Source of the DNA: Planctomycetota bacterium
GTDB taxonomy: Bacteria > Planctomycetota > UBA1135 > UBA2386
Direction: 5' to 3'
NCBI GenBank assembly: GCA_965228735.1
Contig: OZ245838.1
Coordinates: 3,392,001 to 3,456,000, forward strand
Length of the DNA stretch: 64,000 nucleotides
The notes under the pieces were generated by a model. The model worked only from the letters and a program-made list of their open reading frames with translations. It did no database searches and was not told the origin of the DNA. A program made the translations under genes and the position numbers. This document shows positions 60,713 to 64,000 of the stretch, in pieces (position 1 is the stretch's first letter; the number at the start of each line of letters is the position of its first letter).

Positions 60713-61210
60713 TTACCGCTGATCCTCGGGCAACGATCCGTGGTCCATGACCTCGACCGAGTTGCCCCACGGATCGACGACGTAGACCGAGCGGGTGCCG
60801 TCGCGGTGCGCGGTCAGCGGGCCGAACTTCTTGGCATCCTTGCGCACGACGCAGAGATGCGGCGGGTGCTGTTGCGGCACCACGAGCGCGAGGCGCAGGT
60901 TGTCGAACCGCAGCATCGCCCAAGTCGCGTCCTGATACTCGACCTCACAGCCGAACACGGATGCATACCACTCCGCCGCCGCCTTGATGTCCTCGACCTG
61001 GACCGCGACGTGATGCACCGTGCTCGTGCGGCGGTCCTTGACCGAGCTCGCGACGAAGTCGAGGCGCGCATCGGGGTGCGCGAGCAGGCGCCGGACCTCC
61101 GCCGCTGTCGCAGGATCGCTCGCCGCGACCTTTTGCAGCATGCGCTCGCGTTCGGCTTCGGGCAGGTCGAGCGCCAGCTCGAAGTATTGATCGACGTCGG
61201 ACATGTCCAT
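60713..61210 (-). CDS. VOC/glyoxalase family protein with N-terminal helical extension
   Basis: VHHVAVQVEDIKAAAEWY..HRDGTRSVYVVDPWGNSVE; ATG 61210 or 61204. Confidence 0.82.
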   Translation of the reverse strand: MDMSDVDQYFELALDLPEAERERMLQKVAASDPATAAEVRRLLAHPDARLDFVASSVKDRRTSTVHHVAVQVEDIKAAAEWYASVFGCEVEYQDATWAMLRFDNLRLALVVPQQHPPHLCVVRKDAKKFGPLTAHRDGTRSVYVVDPWGNSVEVMDHGSLPEDQR

Positions 61211-61315
61211 GGGCGTTCTCTGACTTGCGATTCTCCGAATCGTCTCGGCCGGATGCAATCGGGTGGGCGCTCCCGGGGGGTGTCCACCCTTCGGCGAATC
61301 ACCCATGATGCCGCC

Positions 61316-62923
61316 ATGAAGGAGCCAATTCTCGCCGCGATGGTCGTCACGGTTCTCGCGCCGAACGCGTTCGCCCAGGCCCCCGGCCTGCGCATCTTTC
61401 AATCCATCCCCGCCGGCGAGACGCGGATCGTCGACAACCAGGGCACGATCGTGAAGACCTACCCCGGCACCGGCGCGCTGACCGCGCACGTGATGCCAGA
61501 CGGCACGCTCGTGCGCGCGATCCAGATCGGCGGGCTCACCGTGACGGGCATGACGGGGCGGATCGAGCGGCTCGCGTTCGACGGCACGCTCCTCTGGCAA
61601 TACCAGCTGGCCGGGCCGTTCCGCTACGCGCATCACGACATCGAACCGATGCCGAACGGCAACGTGCTCGTGATCGCGTGGGATCGCCGCACGCGCGACG
61701 ACGCGATCGCGGCCGGGCGCGACCCGGCGTCGGCGACGGCGCCGGACTTCCTGCCCGACTCCATCCTCGAGATCCAGCAGACGGGCCCGACGACGGGGAA
61801 CATCGTCTGGGAGTGGCACATCTGGGATCACCTGATCCAGGACTTCGACCCGACGAAGGCGAACTACGGCGACGTCGCCGCCCACCCCGAACTCGTCGAC
61901 ATCAACTACCCCCCGCTCGTGCTAGGTGACGGTGACTGGAACCACGCCAACGGTCTGGACTACGACCCGGTGAACGACTGGATCATCCTGAGCTCGCGGG
62001 CGCAGGACGAGATCTACCTGATCGATCATTCGACGACGACCGCGGAGGCGGCGGATCACACGGGCGGTCGGCGCGGCAAGGGCGGCGACATCCTCTACCG
62101 CTGGGGCAACCCGGCGGCCTACCGCGCGGGCACGGCAGCGCACCAACAGCTCGACGGGCAACACGACCCGCGGTTCATCCCGCCGGGTTTCCCGGGCGCT
62201 GGCAATCTCACGGTCTTCAACAACGTCTACCAGGCGGGGCAGTCCGCGGTTCACGAGCTCACCCTGCCGCTCGATCCGCAGGGCAACATCGAGCTCGATC
62301 CGACGACCGGGCGATACGGGCCGACCGCGCCGACGTGGACGTTCACCGAGGCCGGCTTCTTCTCGCAGGTGACGTCGAGCGCCGAGCGCCTGCCGACCGG
62401 CAACACGCTGATCTGCAGCGGCACGCAGCGAGAGTTGCGCGAGGTCACGCCGGCCGGTCAGACGGTGTGGCTGTTCGCGGATCCGTCGAACCCGTTCCTG
62501 CTGTTCCAGACCCACTACGTCGAACGCGCGCTCTGGGCCTCGCGCGCGAAGCTGCCGATCGCTGGCGGTCACGTCGCGTTCGATCTGCTGACCGGGTCGG
62601 CGCACGCCGGCGAGACCTATCTGCTGCTCGGTTCGATCTCGGGAACGGGCCCGGGAACGCTGCTCCCCGGGGGTGTCGTCCTGCCACTCAACCTCGACTA
62701 CTTCACCCTGGCCATGGCGACCACGTTCAACAACGCGCTGTTCGTCGACAACGTCGGCGCGCTCGATGCGGTCGGCGGCGGCAGGGCCGCGATCGTCGCG
62801 CCCCCCGGGCTGATCCCCACCGCACTCGTCGGGATCGACATGGACTTCGCCTACGTCACCTGGGACGCGGCGTTCTCGCCGGTGCGCGCCAGCAACCCCG
62901 TGCGGGTCACGATCGTGCGGTAG
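61316..62923 (+). CDS. Secreted aryl-sulfate sulfotransferase (ASST-like) with C-terminal domain
   Basis: AHHDIEPMPNGNVL, WEWHIWDH, DWNHANGLDY, LYRWGNP, GQHD, SSAERLPTGNTLI. Confidence 0.88.
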   Translation: MKEPILAAMVVTVLAPNAFAQAPGLRIFQSIPAGETRIVDNQGTIVKTYPGTGALTAHVMPDGTLVRAIQIGGLTVTGMTGRIERLAFDGTLLWQYQLAGPFRYAHHDIEPMPNGNVLVIAWDRRTRDDAIAAGRDPASATAPDFLPDSILEIQQTGPTTGNIVWEWHIWDHLIQDFDPTKANYGDVAAHPELVDINYPPLVLGDGDWNHANGLDYDPVNDWIILSSRAQDEIYLIDHSTTTAEAADHTGGRRGKGGDILYRWGNPAAYRAGTAAHQQLDGQHDPRFIPPGFPGAGNLTVFNNVYQAGQSAVHELTLPLDPQGNIELDPTTGRYGPTAPTWTFTEAGFFSQVTSSAERLPTGNTLICSGTQRELREVTPAGQTVWLFADPSNPFLLFQTHYVERALWASRAKLPIAGGHVAFDLLTGSAHAGETYLLLGSISGTGPGTLLPGGVVLPLNLDYFTLAMATTFNNALFVDNVGALDAVGGGRAAIVAPPGLIPTALVGIDMDFAYVTWDAAFSPVRASNPVRVTIVR

Positions 62924-63025
62924 CCTGCTGCTGGCGATTGCGCCGCAGCAGTAACGCGTTCCGCCGCTCGCATCGCTGCATTCCGGTGGGCTTGCGCAAA
63001 CCCGGCGCCCGGCAATGCTGAGCCG

Positions 63026-64000
63026 ATGCCTCCGTGTCTCCCGCCCGCGCCCGCAGCCCAAGGGCAGCCGCTGGGCGCCGCGCTCGCCGCGGCAGCCTGG
63101 CTGATCGTCGGAACCATCGCGACCGGGGCCCGAACGTCGGCCCAGGCGCCGGGACTGCGGGTCTTTCAGGCCATCGGCAGTCTGCCGACGCGCATCGTCG
63201 ACAACCTGGGCAACGTCGTGCACAGCTATCCCGGCGGCGCGGTCCTCTCGGCGCACGTCGCCGAGGACGGCACGCTCGTGCGCTCGCAGCAGATCGGCGG
63301 CATCGCGGTGCCGGGCGCGACCGGTCGGCTGCAGCGGCTCGCGTTCGACGGCACGGTGCTCTGGCAGTTCGACGTCTCGGGTCCGTTCGAGTATGCGCAT
63401 CACGACATCGAGCCGATGCCGAACGGCAACGTGCTCGTGATCGCGTGGGATCGCTACACGACGGCCGACGCGATCGCCGCGGGTCGCGACCCCGGGCTCG
63501 TGTCCGGCACCGACTGGCTGCCCGATGCGATCCTCGAGATCGCGCCGACCGGGCCGACGGCGGGCGCGATTGTCTGGGAGTGGCACATGACGGATCACGT
63601 GATCCAGGACTTCGACCCGACGCGCCCCGACTTCGGCGTCGTCGCCAACCACCCCGAACTGCTCGATCTCAACTACCCGCCCGTGCTCGTCACGGACGGC
63701 GACTGGAATCACTTCAACGGACTCGACTACGACCCCGTCAACGACTGGATCATCGTCAGCTCCCGCGCGCAGAACGAGATCTACCTGATCGACCACTCGA
63801 CGACGACGGCCGAGGCCGCGGGTCACACGGGCGGCGCGCGCGGTCGCGGCGGCGACATCCTGTATCGCTGGGGCAACCCGGAGGCCTACCGCGCCGGCAC
63901 GGCGGCCAACCTGACCCTCAACGGGCAGCACGACCCGCGTTTCGTGCCGCCGGGCTTCCCGGGTGCCGGCAACCTCACGATGTTCAACAACGTGTTCCTG
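63026..64000 (+). CDS. Second aryl-sulfate sulfotransferase paralog, runs off the window
   Basis: Not in ORF track; manual translation MPPCLPP..TSAQAPGLRVFQ.., AHHDIEPMPNGNVL, DWNHFNGLDY, LYRWGNP, GQHDPRF. Confidence 0.85.
   Translation, partial: MPPCLPPAPAAQGQPLGAALAAAAWLIVGTIATGARTSAQAPGLRVFQAIGSLPTRIVDNLGNVVHSYPGGAVLSAHVAEDGTLVRSQQIGGIAVPGATGRLQRLAFDGTVLWQFDVSGPFEYAHHDIEPMPNGNVLVIAWDRYTTADAIAAGRDPGLVSGTDWLPDAILEIAPTGPTAGAIVWEWHMTDHVIQDFDPTRPDFGVVANHPELLDLNYPPVLVTDGDWNHFNGLDYDPVNDWIIVSSRAQNEIYLIDHSTTTAEAAGHTGGARGRGGDILYRWGNPEAYRAGTAANLTLNGQHDPRFVPPGFPGAGNLTMFNNVFL

Overview
A high-GC, gene-dense bacterial window, most likely from a Planctomycetota genome (inferred from the DUF1592/DUF1552 cytochrome pair, the LEPR-XLL protein and the ECF-sigma fusion). 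Many long ORFs in the supplied track are antisense shadows. About 40 genes are supportable. Left to right: (1) a partial TWEWDG-repeat secreted protein, a lipoprotein, a UDP-HexNAc dehydrogenase and a beta-barrel protein; (2) a minus-strand run mixing secretion parts (short Skp/OmpH-like, secretin, GspK-like) with wecB, TetR, a GT-C-like membrane protein and a GT2; (3) rpsO-pnp, where PNPase has a histone-H1-like N-terminus and a ~340-aa R/D/G/E-rich tail; (4) a 13-kb plus-strand cluster of an FMN-bind-like protein, a hybrid kinase, a LEPR-XLL/RTX/PKD surface protein, three HlyD-type adaptors (one GAF-fused, one M50-protease-fused) and a PilZ-like protein, with no ABC ATPase or TolC; (5) a ~950-nt structured non-coding region with a promoter/operator, a tRNA-like T-arm element and a terminator/antiterminator pair in front of a slipin (SPFH/band-7) gene; (6) DUF1592-DUF1552; (7) many secreted proteins sharing either of two C-terminal domain types and a Gln right after the signal peptide; (8) ileS, a membrane ECF-sigma fusion, a VOC fusion and tandem aryl-sulfotransferases. 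The best candidates for something new are the band-7-linked tRNA-like RNA leader, the ATPase-less LEPR-XLL export cluster and the shared C-terminal sorting domains. All family calls are by eye; no searches were run.
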